From: Octopus vulgaris
Lineage: Eukaryota
Assembly (NCBI GenBank): GCA_951406725.2
Contig: OX597818.1
Coordinates: forward strand, 125,364,001-125,428,000
Direction: 5' to 3'
DNA length: 64,000 nt
The stretch's first letter is position 1; each line of letters begins with the position of its first letter. The notes beneath the pieces are model-generated. The model did not search any database and was not told where the DNA came from. It worked only from the letters and a program-made list of their open reading frames with translations. Below, piece by piece: positions 12,126 through 25,833 of the stretch. The position numbers and the translations under genes are program-made.

Positions 12126-14232
12126 CCTACAGCATCACTCGACTTGCTAGAAATAGTAGTTATATTTCCATAAATTCCTGTCCCACTGTCGTAAGAAACA
12201 TTGGAAAAATGTTTTCCTGAGAAAGACGAGATGATCACGTCTGGGACGCCGTTGCTCATAGATTTGCCCTGCACTGATATTAAACAGCAACACAACCAGT
12301 TTAAAAATAGTCCTAAAAACTTAGATGGTCTCAATACAATGCCTTTGATCATTGAGCTGCTCAGTCAAAACCTACTCGGGGTTAAGTAAACAACGACAAG
12401 GAATTTCTCCCCTGTTGCTCTCAACTTGCTGGACATAACTGTTAAATCTTCCTCGAATTACAACTTCATTATTTAATGAAAGAAGACATTGGACAATGTT
12501 GTTCTGAGGGCATAATATTTGGGAAAAAGAGGGAATCCTCACTTTTGGAACGCTGTTGCTCAAAAGTTGGTTTTTCAGTTTTGACCTGAGGGTAAATAAC
12601 ACCACCAACGACAACAGCACGTTTAAAAACACCCTTAAAAAGACCCTTTGGTCGCAGATAGAATGTCTTCTCAATCGGGGTTTACTTGGGATTAAACAAC
12701 ATCACCACGAATAAGAATATAAATTGAACTGCAATTTATGTTGATTGTAAATGTTTGTCATGAATCCTTATGAATTTGTAAAGAATCGGAGTCTGTGATT
12801 AGCCCTGTTTTCATCAGATGTGAGTTACATTTACTTTGGATAAGTTGCGAACTAGTTACATTCAAAATTCCCAAATAATCTGGTTGAATGCTGTTTTAAA
12901 TATTTTTCTGTATTTCTCTTTCTTTGCTTGGGTTAGCCATCCCGATCCCTACTCCATCCCACACAGAATAAGGGGGAAAAAATTAGTCTTGTGAGATAAA
13001 AAGTACTATAAAATAGTTCTGTTTGAGACGGTGGCGAATTAACAGAGTCGTTAGACGGCTGGGTAGAATATTTCGCTCTGAATTCTGCGCTCTGCGTTCA
13101 AATGCTGTCGCAGTCAACTGCACCTTTCATCCGTTTTCGTAGTCGGTAACAAAATGCACCAATCCAGAGCGGTGGATTGGAGGAACTATATGAGAGTTGC
13201 GCATGATCCCTTGAAGTATCTGTTTTGGCTGTTTGCGTCCTGGAAGCAAAGCTTGCAAAGACACTGGTGCCAAGGTGTGGGATAAACATCGGTATCGTCG
13301 AGTGGGGAAGCTGATCTCAGAGATCAGAGTCGGAAGAAATATTGCTAAGCATTTCGCTTGATGCGCTATCGATTCTGTCAGCACGTCCACCTTCTGTTTC
13401 AAATCTTAGTACAAGACTAGAAAATTTAAGGGGAAGGGGTAAGTTGATAGGGTCGAACCCAATGCTCAAGCTGCATTCACAAGCAACAGCCATTCTTTCT
13501 CAAAAATGTCCGCTAACGTGCAGATATATGGTCAGCGTTGAAAAACTTTGCCAATATTGTCCAAAAAATATCGATCAATTGATCTTTATTGAAATTGTCT
13601 CCCTTGTTGATTTTCAAATACCAGATTTTGTACACCCTCTAGAGAAAGTATTTGTCTATTAATTGTATGAATAATCTCAGATGATCAAAAATTTCAGTTC
13701 ATTATATTACATACATAAATAAAATTATAAGCCAAACAAGGAGATTTGTCAGAGGTTACTCGATCTACTAGAAATAACAGCTAAATTTCCCTCAAACGAA
13801 CATTAACGTCATAAAGAAGAAAGATAAACAATGTGTTCATAGATGTACTATGTCTGAAAAACCGAGCAAAGACAAATAAACACTGGTTGCTCACGTCTGC
13901 AAAACCGCTGATCATAGTTCAACTCGAACAAAGCAGATACGGGGTTTAAATAAAAAAGTAAAAAAAAAAAAAAGAAAAAAAAAAGTTAATGCAGTCAGAA
14001 CCTTCGTGTTATGAATACACAGAGGAGTGGGGAAATGTTAGTTTTAAAAGATAAAGATAAGAAAAAAAGAACTTTTTCAAACATTTTGTTGTCCCTGATT
14101 ACTTTTTAGCATGACTTAAAAAATAATCCCCGGCATGTTCAAGATGTAAATTGTCTTCTTCATTTTACTTCGTATGGATATCAGAACTTGTAACAGTAGC
14201 TATAGATAATTTCGTATGTGTGTGTACACACA

Positions 14233-14340
<108 letters not shown>

Positions 14341-14429
14341 CTATTCGTTATATATATGCTAACTTTTCGTGACATATTTTAACTAACCTAAAGTTCGCTT
14401 ATGCCTAGACACTGCTTGGCGCTGCTCAG

Positions 14430-14614
14430 CGGTATTTCGTCTGCCGCTACGTTCTGAGTTCAAATTCCGCCGAGGTCGATTTTGCCTTTCATCCTTTCGG
14501 GGTCGATAAATTAAGTACCAGTTACGCACTGGGGTCGATATAATCGACTTAATCCCTTTGTCTGTCCTTGTTTGTCTCCTCTGTGTTTAGCCCCTTGTGG
14601 GTAGTAAAGAAATA
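14430..14614 (+). mobile_element. SINE type D (Meta-domain-like), 5'-truncated
   Basis: GAGTTCAAATTCC B box, TTGCCTTTCATCCTTTCGGGGTCGATAAATTAAGTACCAG central domain, 3' end AAAGAAATA. Imperfect TSD GGCGCTGCTCAG/GGCACTGCTGAG. Confidence 0.85.
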
Positions 14615-14737
14615 GGCACTGCTGAGTTTCTTCTAGCCTGGCGGTCTAATGGCGCAACGCATTTAATGCTGTTGATTGTGTTTTAGTTAAAACTACGGTT
14701 TTAATTAGGTCTATACAGAATTATATTTCTTCGGTAT

Positions 14738-14782
14738 TTCCCATTGACAACGGCTGAATAGCTAGAAACGCAGCGTCGCGAA
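14738..14782 (+). ncRNA. Hammerhead ribozyme-like motif, U3-A8 core variant
   Basis: ttccca-TTGACAA-C-GGCT-GAAT-AGCT-A-GAAAC-GCAGC-GTC-gcgaa. Stem II, stem III (ACGC/GCGT) and the GUC triplet are present; stem I is imperfect. Confidence 0.5.
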
Positions 14783-14878
14783 GAATCGACAGGGGGAACC
14801 ACGAGAGAAATTTTTTCTCCATGGTAACTGCAGTGAATTTGCTTTTAGAAGTTGAACTATGTCACACACACACACACA

Positions 14879-14913
<35 letters not shown>

Positions 14914-15962
14914 ATTTACATACATATTTATATGCATCTATATATGTAGATGTAGATGTGTTTGTATATATGTATGTATATAGATATGTATAGGTGTGTG
15001 TTTGTGTGTGTATATCTGTTTATCACTATGTATGTATATATATTTGTGTGTGTATAGTATATGCTTACAGTACACATAAACACACACACGGTTGCGTATT
15101 ATGAGGTTATTTTTCATCCGTGTATAATGCGAGGAATTGTTAACTTAGTAGGCAGACGCGTTAATTTACTGAAAGGCAGAGCTCACACACTCGCACACAC
15201 ACACATAACACACAAAACACACGCATGCAGACACACATACAAACACACACATATGTATGCATGTACGTACGCATATATGTATTTATTGTGAGATAAAGCT
15301 TTTTAAAACAAACGAATGCCAATAACAAATACAAACAGCTAGTTTTCAACAGAGCGCAAAACCCTGTATATTAAGGGGGGAATGGAAAAAGGTGATTTGA
15401 TGTTACATGAGATGTATCCCTACAGGGTCTTAATGCTGTGTAAGTGAAGTGAAATGGCTTCAACATAGAATGAAACAGAGAGCTGTAGGCAAGGTTTAAT
15501 TTTTTTCTTTTTTTTAAATCTTTTCCGGGGCCACTACAAAGCTAGTTCCAACAACGCGGAAAGGTCAATATGGAAGCGTTTTGCTGAAGGCTCGAACCGG
15601 GAGAATTAACATTCGAATCTCCTACAAATCGTTGCCTACCATCTTTATAGTTCTGCTTGATCGATATTGCCTTGCGAAGGATGGGTGAGTGGATCTGGAT
15701 GCGAGTGGCAACATAGCATTAAAGATAACAATATCAAGGGAAGGTAGTTGAGAAGGAGGAGTGGTGATAGAAGAAAAAAATAATTAAGGAACATAGATAG
15801 TGAGAGAGTGGGAGTGAGAGTGAGCGAAAGAGAGAGAGAGAGAGAGAGAGAGAATTCATTGTGGGGAGGAGCGATAGAAATGAATAAATAAAATGAATTT
15901 GAATGATGAAAGCGGGAAATGAGAAAAAAGTATAATGGAATAAATATTTAAAGACATACAGA

Positions 15963-16022
<60 letters not shown>

Positions 16023-16258
16023 GAGAGAGAGTAAAGGACATAAAAATTGGAAGAGAAGATATTCGAAAAAATAACAGAAATGGGAGGAGAAAATGGAAAC
16101 TCTCATCCAAATTCTCAGGAGATATAGAGCAAAACAGTGTCTATGTGCATGAAAGAGAGACAGAGAGTGAGAGAGAGGGAAGGGAAGAAAGAGGAGATAG
16201 AAAGAGGGAGGGAGAGAGACTGAGTATGAGAGAGAGAGGGAGAGAGAGTATAAGTGAC

Positions 16259-16360
<102 letters not shown>

Positions 16361-17362
16361 GTTAGATAGATAGATAGATAGATTAGGCTGAATATACGCA
16401 TGTGAAAAAGAGAGAAACAAATAGAAATTCATAGAAATGAGAGTGAGAGAAAATAGAGAGAGAGAGAGAGAGGGGGGGAGATGATAAACATAAACACACT
16501 CGATAGCGTAAAATATTTCGGATACTTTTCCGCATCAGCCATTTTGTCGAGTTTATTCAGACCCCTAAGGTCCTTTTATTGCTCAACATCCTCAACCACC
16601 ACCCTGCCATCATAACCATCAGCACATTAACTGCAGAAGCAGCAGTAGCAACAACAACAACAACAACAATAGCAACAACAACAAGAAGAACTTAAGCAGT
16701 AAACGACGGCGCTATCAACGGCGGCCATTTTAAGAAACATTATTTCGTACGCATCATTAAGTTTTCTCTCTTTGTGCTTCACTACCGGGGTGCAGTACTT
16801 CCTGAAAACAGGAACCTACCAACACCACGTCTCAGCACGCCACACACCATCGCTGTCGCTACCCGCCCCTCGTTACAACCGCCGCAGCCACCACCATCAC
16901 CATCACCATCATCATCACTGTCACTCCCAACAACAACAACCACAATAACATTACTTCTAATATAACTACTATCTCTACCACTGCCACCAACACCACGCCT
17001 CTGAGCCAACGAGAAACTAGAGAGGGGGGGATAAAAAGAGAGAGAGAGGGGGAGAGAAAGAGAGTGAGAGAAAAAGTGTGGGTGTGCGTGTGTGCTATTG
17101 CTTATGTTGTTCAACCCACTGAAAATCACAGCCAAGTCTCCCTAAAGTCATACCCTTACTGTCTTGGAGAAGAACACATGGGATAATATGGGGCCCCGAC
17201 TTGCCAGTATTAAAGGAAGTAGACAGGATAGTCACAGCTGGAATGCTTTTGATCACAGATCTGCTTGAACAGGGATAACCAAGGACTTAACAGCACCACC
17301 ACCACCACCACCACCACCTCTACTGCATCACTACAACCAACAGCAGTAGTACCAACTCCACC

Positions 17363-17432
<70 letters not shown>

Positions 17433-17447
17433 TCCCCCACCACAACA

Positions 17448-18051
17448 ACCACCAACACCGTCACACTCCATCTGTCAGTACCACTACCACCACAACCACT
17501 TCTACTACCATCTCCACTACCGCCAACATCGCTACTACAACCACCTCAATCACCACTAACACCATCACCATTATCACTACCAATACCACTACCACCACCA
17601 CCACCACCACCACCACCACCACCACCACTACCTTCACTGTTACTTCTACTACCACCACGACTAACGTCATTATTTATATTTCTACCACTACATCGTCACG
17701 CTCCATCTGTCAGTAATACTACAGCCACCACCAACAACTACCACTCGTACTACTGCCAACACCACCACTACAATCCCAAACGCCCTCAACACTATCACTA
17801 GTACCCCCCGCCATCACCGATAACACCTCAGTAATACACACTGTCCCACACTACTTATACGCTACTACCACTGTCTGTCTATACACAACAAGACATTCCA
17901 AATTGCCACCACTACCAGCACCACCGCGGTTACAATTAATACAACCACCGTCAAAACAACATGAACCATTACGCCACTTAAATATCACCTCTCTCTCTTG
18001 TGACACAACACCACATTCCAAATTAGCAGTAACATCACCACCACCACCGCC

Positions 18052-18099
<48 letters not shown>

Positions 18100-18210
18100 G
18101 CCAGAAACACTATCTCTACAACTGCATATTCCTCTTCCTCTTCCTCCTTCCTTTCCTAGTAATCATCATCATCATCGTCTCCAATCGTCACCAACAACAA
18201 TAATAGCAGC

Positions 18211-18280
<70 letters not shown>

Positions 18281-18799
18281 CGCCGCCAGAAACACTATCT
18301 CTACAACTGCATATTCCTTGTCCTCCTTCTTCTTCCTCCTTCCTCATCATCATCATCATCGTCACCAATCGTCACCAACAACAATAATAGCGGCCATCTT
18401 CGTCTTTCGAAGCCAGCACAGGCTATTACAGTAAACACGTATCTCGCCTTCCCCCCTCACAATCTCTCTCGCTGCTGTCTGTTGTCACCCGTGCTTTCCA
18501 GACCAACCTTGTCCAACTATTGTTTACTTCAGTTTCAAGTGACAGACTTTTATTAATAGAGCTGAGAGTAATGATGGTGGTGGTGGTGGTGGTAGTGGTG
18601 GTGGTGGCGGCGGCGGTGGTGGTAGCGGTGGTGGTGGTGATGGTGGTGGTGATGGTGGTGATGGCGGTGGTGGTGGTGGTGGCGGCGGCGGCGGCGGTGG
18701 TGGTGGTGATGGCGGCGGTGGTGGTGGTTGTGGTGGTGATGGTAGTGGTGGTGGTGGTAGAGGTGGTGGTGGTGGTAGTGGTGGTGGTGGTGAGGTGGT

Positions 18800-18830
<31 letters not shown>

Positions 18831-19781
18831 ATATCGATGTGGTGGTAACAATGCAGTGTGGTGATGGTGATGGTTGTAGCAATAATAGGCTACTGAGGGT
18901 CGTGGTGTTTAGTGATGGTGGTAGTGGTGGTGGTGGTGGTGGTGAGAGTAGTGGTAGTGAAGTAGGTGTTGTAGTAGTATTGGTGACGGTGGTGCTATCA
19001 GGTTGTGATGTTAGCGTATTGGTGATGGTATTTGTGGTGGGCAATGATGTAGGTGTTGGTGGTAGTGCTATTGCAGACGTGATGGGGATGGTGGGGTGGT
19101 GACTCAGTGATGGTGGTATTGATGTTTGTGTGGTAGTAGTGATGTAGTAGTAGTAGTAGTGATGGTGGTGGTAGCGGCGGCGATGGTGTGGTGGTGATTT
19201 CAGCGTATTGGTCGTAGTGGCGATGGTGGTGATGTTATTGTCACGGTGTTTGTAATAATAATGATGATGATGATGGTGGTGGTAGCGGTTGTAGTTTTAT
19301 TGATGATATTGTCGAAACCGTAGTGTCAATGATTGTAGTGGCGATGGTGTAAGTGGTGACAGTTGGAGACAAACGAAGTGTGACGGTGTTGGTAATAGTA
19401 TAAATATGGATGATGGCGGTGATGGCTGTGGTACTAGTGATAGTGTAGAGGGCGTTGGGGATTGTAGCGGTGGTGTTGGCAGTAGTACGAGTGGTAGTTG
19501 TTGTTGGTGGCGGTAGTATTACTGACAGATGGAGCGTGACGATGTAGTGGTAGAAATATAAATAATGACGTTAGTCGTGGTGGTAGTAGAAGTAACAGTG
19601 AAGGTAGTGGTGGTGGTGGTGGTGGTGGTGGTGGTGGTAGTGGTATTGGTAGTGATAATGGTGATGGTGTTAGTGGCGATTGAGGTGGTTGTAGTGGCGA
19701 TATTGGCGGTAGTGGAGATGGTAGTAGAAGTGTTTGTGGTGGTAGTGGTACTGACAGATGGAGTGTGACGGTGTTGGTGGT
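17448..19781. repeat. Long inverted duplication (arms about 17448-17818 and 19418-19781) in a triplet-rich region
   Basis: ORFs 17461-17670(-) and 19565-19768(+) give nearly identical peptides. Unique anchors such as CTCCATCTGTCAGTA and CTAACGTCATTATTTATATTTCTACC occur in both orientations. Confidence 0.9.
18095..18392 (+). repeat. Tandem direct duplication, period about 185 bp
   Basis: CCGCCAGAAACACTATCTCTACAACTGCATATTCC...CCAATCGTCACCAACAACAATAATAGC occurs twice. Confidence 0.85.
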
Positions 19782-20194
19782 AAGGTAAAGTGATATAGAT
19801 GCTGGCAGTAGCGCGAATCTTTGTCGTGATGGTGGTGATGGTGGTAGTGGTTATGGTGGTGTTTGTGATAGTGGTGGTGGTGGTGGTGGTGGTGGTGGTA
19901 GTGGCGTTGGTGTTAATGGTGGTGGTGAGAGTGTAAAATGATATAGATGAAAGACCGACGATAGTGGTGATGACGAAGATGGTGAAGAGAAGTGAGAGGG
20001 GGTTGTAATGGAGAAGCAGCAGGCAACGATGATGATAGTGGTAGTGGTGAGAGTGGTAGTTGTGGAGGAGAAAGAGTTGGTGGCGTTGGTGGTGGTGATG
20101 GAGGGTGTAATATATAAAAGCAGGACAGGAAGCTAGCAAATGGGGTAGATGTTTCGAAAGATGGAAGTCACGTGGGGGATAGTAGTAGAATGAT

Positions 20195-20395
20195 GGGTGG
20201 CCCGAGAGCTATACTGGTCGTTTGATGTCGTTACGTTCTGAGTTCAAATTCCGCCGAGGTCGACTTTGCCTTTCATCCTTTCGGGGTCGATAAATAAAGT
20301 ACCAGTTTCCCACTGAGGTCGATGTAATCGACTTAAACCCTTTGTCTGTCCTTGTTTAGCCTCTATGTTTAGCCCTTGTGGGCAGTAAAGAAATA
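20195..20395 (+). mobile_element. SINE type D copy
   Basis: Same B box, central domain and AAAGAAATA end as 50041-50270. Confidence 0.85.
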
Positions 20396-20694
20396 CATTT
20401 TTGCTGATGTTACTTGGCCCTAGATCAACCTTGATGGAGCAAACTTACGATAGAAGGCTTCCCAATTGTGATAATCCCGTCTTTGTAGCTTTTTTTAAAT
20501 TCATGCTAAGTATATACCAGACTACATTAGCCAATGTGCTCTTACTTTTCTGTTTTAAGACAACAGGGTGTGATATAACGAATACTCACTTAACTGCTAT
20601 TTCTATCCCGCAGTCAACTTTTTATTGAGCAGACCAATGATAAAAGCTTTTGTATTGCGATTATCCCGTTTTCATATACATACATTCATACATA

Positions 20695-20905
20695 CATGTG
20701 ACCGCGTGTGTATCGTTGGCGATTTTCCCCCCGTCTTTCCTTCTTTGGATCTTTCCTTTTTCTATGTTTCTGACGAAGAGCTCCGCTCGAAACGTTAAAT
20801 CTTCCTTCTTTCTTTCCTTTCCTGAGCGTCCAATAACACTATACTTGTTCCACGTCCTCGCGTTGTTGTATTTTCTCTTTGTGTTTTCATGCTTGGATTA
20901 ACTAT
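20695..20905 (+). mobile_element. Short PLE pLTR-like element
   Basis: Homolog of 1040-1260. Carries a hammerhead motif and runs into a TA/TG microsatellite. Confidence 0.6.
20766..20800 (+). ncRNA. Minimal type-I hammerhead ribozyme motif with canonical core
   Basis: gttt-CTGACGA-A-GAGC-TCC-GCTC-GAAAC-GTT-aaat: CUGANGA and GAAA core, 4-bp stem II, palindromic loopless stem III (AC/GT), GUU triplet, 4-bp stem I. Confidence 0.7.
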
Positions 20906-20935
20906 GTATATATATATGTGTATATGTATTTGTAT

Positions 20936-21015
<80 letters not shown>

Positions 21016-21069
21016 CATACATATATATATATATACATACATATATATATATATATAATATATATATAT

Positions 21070-21435
<366 letters not shown>

Positions 21436-21642
21436 CGAAGTATATTGAATTGAATATTGAATTAACCAATCATGTGTTCTTTCTTTTTTATGACAATAGT
21501 ATGATATCAAGAATACATGTCTGCTATTTCTAGCTGGTGGAGTGACCGCAGAGGAGCTCTCTCGTGAGTTTGTGCTTGTCGGTATTGTTTGTTCGTGGAC
21601 GTTGCCATTGTAGTTGTTTCGTTGCCAGTTTGCTTGTTCTTG

Positions 21643-21940
21643 TTAGTTATTGTTATGATATTAGTTATTGTTATGATATTAGTTATTGTTATGATATTAG
21701 TTATTGTTATGATATTAGTTATTGTTATGATATTAGTTATTGTTATGATATTAGTTATTGTTATGATATTAGTTATTGTTATGATATTAGTTATTGTTAT
21801 GATATTAGTTATTGTTATGATATTAGTTATTGTTATGATATTAGTTATTGTTATGATATTAGTTATTGTTATGATATTAGTTATTGTTATGATATTAGTT
21901 ATTGTTATGATATTAGTTATTGTTATGATATTAGTTATTG
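21643..21940 (+). repeat. Perfect 18-bp minisatellite (TTAGTTATTGTTATGATA), about 16.5 copies
   Basis: Directly visible; no unit variants seen. Confidence 0.97.
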
Positions 21941-21977
21941 CTGTCGTCGTTGTAAATTTTATAACCTGTGCTGTCAA

Positions 21978-22600
21978 AAAGGCGGCAGACTAGTAGAATC
22001 TCTAGCACGCCGGACAAAAGAATGTTTAGCGGCATTACATCTGTCATTACGTTTCTGAATTTAAATTCCACTGAAGTTAACTTTGCCTTTCATCCTTTCG
22101 GGGTCAATAAAGTAAGAACTGGGTTGATGTAATCAGTTTTCCCTTCCTTGAAAAACTGGGGTCGATGCAATCGACTTCACCCTCTCTGAAAAACTGCTGG
22201 CCTTGTGCCAAAGATTGAAATCATTATTACTATGGGTAAAAAGGCGGCGAAATAGCAGAATCGTTAGCCGGACAAAATGCTTTGTGGCATTTCGTCCGTC
22301 TTTACCTTCTGAGTTCAATTTCTGCCGAAGTTGACTTTGCCTTTCATCCTTTCCAGGTCGATGAAACAAGTACTAGCTGAACACTGGGGTCAATGCGATC
22401 GACGAGCCCTCTCCCTCAAATTTCGGGCTTTGTGCCAATAACAGAAAGAAAGAATTATCAATGTCGTAAAGGAAGCGAATTGGGTGCGTCATTAAGATCC
22501 TTGCATAGAATACTTTGTGGTACTTACTCCGATTCTTTTCTTTTCGAGTTCAAATCCCAGCGATATCAACTCTACCTTTTATCCTATCTGGATCAGTGAA
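21978..22600 (+). mobile_element. Cluster of older type D SINE copies
   Basis: Repeated AAGGCGGC...AGAATC heads and CTTTGCCTTTCATCCTTTC domains at about 21980, 22240 and 22470. Confidence 0.7.
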
Positions 22601-23122
22601 AAAAAATAAAAAAAAAAAAATAAAAAAAAAGAAAAAAAAAGAAACAGAAATACCCCAATCCAGAGAAGAAGATTGGCGGAAACGTTTTAGGGTGTTGTAA
22701 GCTACTTTTTAGTATCTGTTCTGGCCCTTTGCATTCTGATAGCAACTCTTGCGAAGACACTGATGCTAAGCTGAATCGGCCCAAGTCGGTGGATTTTCCC
22801 GTCGATTAAACATCGTTATCGTGGTGGGGAACACCAAATGCATGGCCAACTGCCAATCGTCCTAAAAAGAAAAACAAAGTCTTACCCAGACTTGTACCTG
22901 TATGTGCAGGTGTATAGCCAAACTTGACTGATGGTGATTCCTTTGTTATCATCGACGCGGTTGATGTTATTATGGCTTTTGTTTACGGTGTTATAAATCT
23001 AATACTGGATATAATCAACGTATTGAAAAGACCAATAAGAAGAAGGGAAGTGGTTCTACAGTCAAATAAATGAAACACAGTATATTACGGGTACCAATTT
23101 TACTAACTGTAAATATGTATAT

Positions 23123-23261
23123 AGAAGTTTGCATCCCAACCACATGGTTCCGGGTTTAGTCCCGCTACGTGGAACCTTGGGCAAGTGTCTTCTTCTATAA
23201 CTTCGGGCCGACTAATGCTTTGTGAGTGGATTTGGTATACGGAAACTGAAAGAAGCTCGTC

Positions 23262-23342
<81 letters not shown>

Positions 23343-23562
23343 GATCTATGTGTGTATGTGTCTGTGTTTGTTTCCCCATCACCGCTTGACAACCGGTGCT
23401 GGTGTGTTTACGTCCTCGTGAATTAGCGATTCGGTAAAAGAGACCGATAGAATAAGTACTAGGCTTACAAAAAATAATTCCTGGGGTCGATTTGTTCGAC
23501 TAAAAGGTGATGCTCCAGCATGGCCGCAGTCAGATGATTGAAACAAGTAAAGGAATAAAAGA
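23123..23562 (+). mobile_element. SINE type A, slightly 5'-truncated
   Basis: Aligns to the adjacent full copy, including the internal (TA)n(TG)n. Confidence 0.85.
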
Positions 23563-23572
23563 ATATACATAT

Positions 23573-23742
23573 AGGCGCAGGAGTGGCTGTGTGGTAAGTA
23601 GCTTGTTTACCAACCACATGGTTCCGGGTTCAGTCCCACTGCGTGGCATCTTGGGCAAGTGTCTTCTACTATAGCCTCGGGTCGACCAAAGCCATGTGAG
23701 TGGATTTGTTAGACGGAAACTGAAAGAAGCCCGTCGTATATA

Positions 23743-23789
<47 letters not shown>

Positions 23790-24000
23790 TGTGTGTGTTT
23801 GTGTGTCTGTGTTTGTCCCCCTAGCATTGCTTGACAACCGATGCTGGTGTGTTTACGTCCCCGTTACTTAGTGGTTCGGCAAAAGTGACCGATAGAATAA
23901 GTACTGAGCTTACAAAAGAATAAGTCCCGGGGTCGAGTTGCTCGATTATAGGCGGTGCTCCAGCATGGCCGCAGTCAAATGACTGAAACAAGTAAAAGAG
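23573..24000 (+). mobile_element. SINE type A, full length (tRNA head, CCTTGGGCAAGT core, internal microsatellite, GTAAAAGA tail)
   Basis: A box TGGCTGTGTGG, B box GGGTTCAGTCCC. Near-identical to 62543-62969 and to the reverse complement of 41588-42101. Confidence 0.9.
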
Positions 24001-24019
24001 TATATATATATATATATAT

Positions 24020-24247
24020 AGCAATCAAATGCTTGTGTTGTACATTGCCTCACTCCCTCAATCAAATAGACGTTACCTGAATAGGCACATGGTGTACCAT
24101 GCGTCAGGTGTTGAAGTGATAACAGAGAAACGTGAGATGATATGTTTTGCTGAAGAATACAACGCATCACCCTGTCCAGGAATTGAAACCACGACTTCGT
24201 GATCGTGAACGTGAGTGCAACAACCTAACTAATAGACCTTGCGCCTC
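24020..24247 (-). mobile_element. Diverged tRNA-derived SINE (head type C, tail 5)
   Basis: Minus strand GAGGCGCAAGG...CACGATCACGAAGTCGTGGTTTCAATTCCTGG...TTCTTCAGCAAAACA...TCACGTT. Confidence 0.6.
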
Positions 24248-25144
24248 ATGTATGTATGTGTGTGTGTATGTACGTGTGTGCGAGTGTGCGTGTGTATGCA
24301 TGTATGTATGTATGTATGTATGTATGTATGTATGTATGTATGTATGTATGTATGTATGTATGTATGTATGCATGTATGTATGTGTGTGTATGTATTCATG
24401 TATGTATGCGTATGTATGTATGTATGTATATCTATATGTATGTATGTGTGATTTGTAGCACCAGGTCAACTCTGATGAAGCAGGCAAACGATCAAAGAGT
24501 TTTCAGTCGTGACCACATGGGCTTCTTCTCAGAATCAGTTCTCGTAAGGTCACTTTATCCAATATGCCCGGCCTTAAATTCAAAATTCTATTGGAAATCA
24601 CGTTACGTCATCTTCAAATCATTCCGCAACCATTAATCTTTAAAAACCCATTTCATGTCTTTTCGGGGCGGATTTACATTTGGGTTCAGCGTGACACAAA
24701 ACGTACAGCGCCAGTTACTATCTAGAATCGGTTTCCACTACTATCAACATTGTCTTAGAATTTTCGTGGTGTTCTAAAATGGACTACCGTTCAAATACTA
24801 GAGTCGATATGTCGAAATGACTATAAAACCCTGCCTCGTCTAAAAGTGAGGAGAAAAAAGAAAAGAACGAATTCTCTTTGCTCTCTCGTGTCAATGTCAG
24901 TGTTAGAATTTGATATAAATTCTTGTTAAATCATGACTGGGTTTTGATTTCGATTCCCCAAATAGCTGAATAAAGTCGTATGGGAGAATGCACGAATGTC
25001 ACAATTTTTCATTATTTTCTTCGACTTCGTCTGCAGCAAAATATCATCCAAAATGGTTTCAAGAAAACTCTTTGTTGATGTTGCCACCACAACCGCTACA
25101 AGGATCAGACACAATCGCCGTTTGTATTTTTTTTCAATGACAGC

Positions 25145-25192
25145 TAGACCAATTGCTGACGTGGGATGTACGGCCGGGGGTGCGGGGCGGTA
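25145..25192. promoter_or_regulatory. Candidate Pol II promoter motif cluster (CCAAT, TGACGTGG, GC box)
   Basis: CCAAT 25149-25153, TGACGTGG 25157-25164 and GGGGCGG 25184-25190 lie within 45 bp of non-repetitive, locally GC-rich sequence. Confidence 0.3.
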
Positions 25193-25648
25193 ACAGCATA
25201 CGAAAATAAAACCGTACGAACGTACAGACACGAATATATACACAAAACACATGTATGTGTTTTTGCGTCTATGTATTTGTGCGTGTGTGTGTGTATAAAT
25301 ATGTATACAGAAATACATACGTACATGCATAAATACATATGTAAATACATGCAAACATATATACATTCACACACTCATGCATTACATAAATACATGTATA
25401 CATAAATAAATACATACATACATACATACATACATACATACATACATACATAAATACATACATACATACATACATACATACATACATAAACATACATACA
25501 TACATACATACATACATACGTACATACATACATACATACATAAATACATACATACATACATACATACATACATAAATACATACATACATACATACATATA
25601 TACATACATACATACATAAATAAATACATACATACATACATACATACA

Positions 25649-25680
<32 letters not shown>

Positions 25681-25799
25681 CGTGTGCATATGTATATTTT
25701 GCATAGAACGAAACAGGAAATGCCTTCTTACGCCATCTTGAAATATATTAAAAATTAGTGACGACAAAACAAATATATATACCACCACCACCACCACCT

Positions 25800-25833
<34 letters not shown>

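Noticed and set aside
21507-22058. ORFs with TNIITI / SYCYDI repeats, or a CRISPR-like array
   Set aside because: This is a perfect 18-bp tandem repeat with no spacers and no cas genes in a eukaryotic context.
22805-22860. Minus-strand GHAFGVPHHD resembling a metzincin zinc-binding motif
   Set aside because: It lacks the HExxH part and is followed at once by a stop codon.
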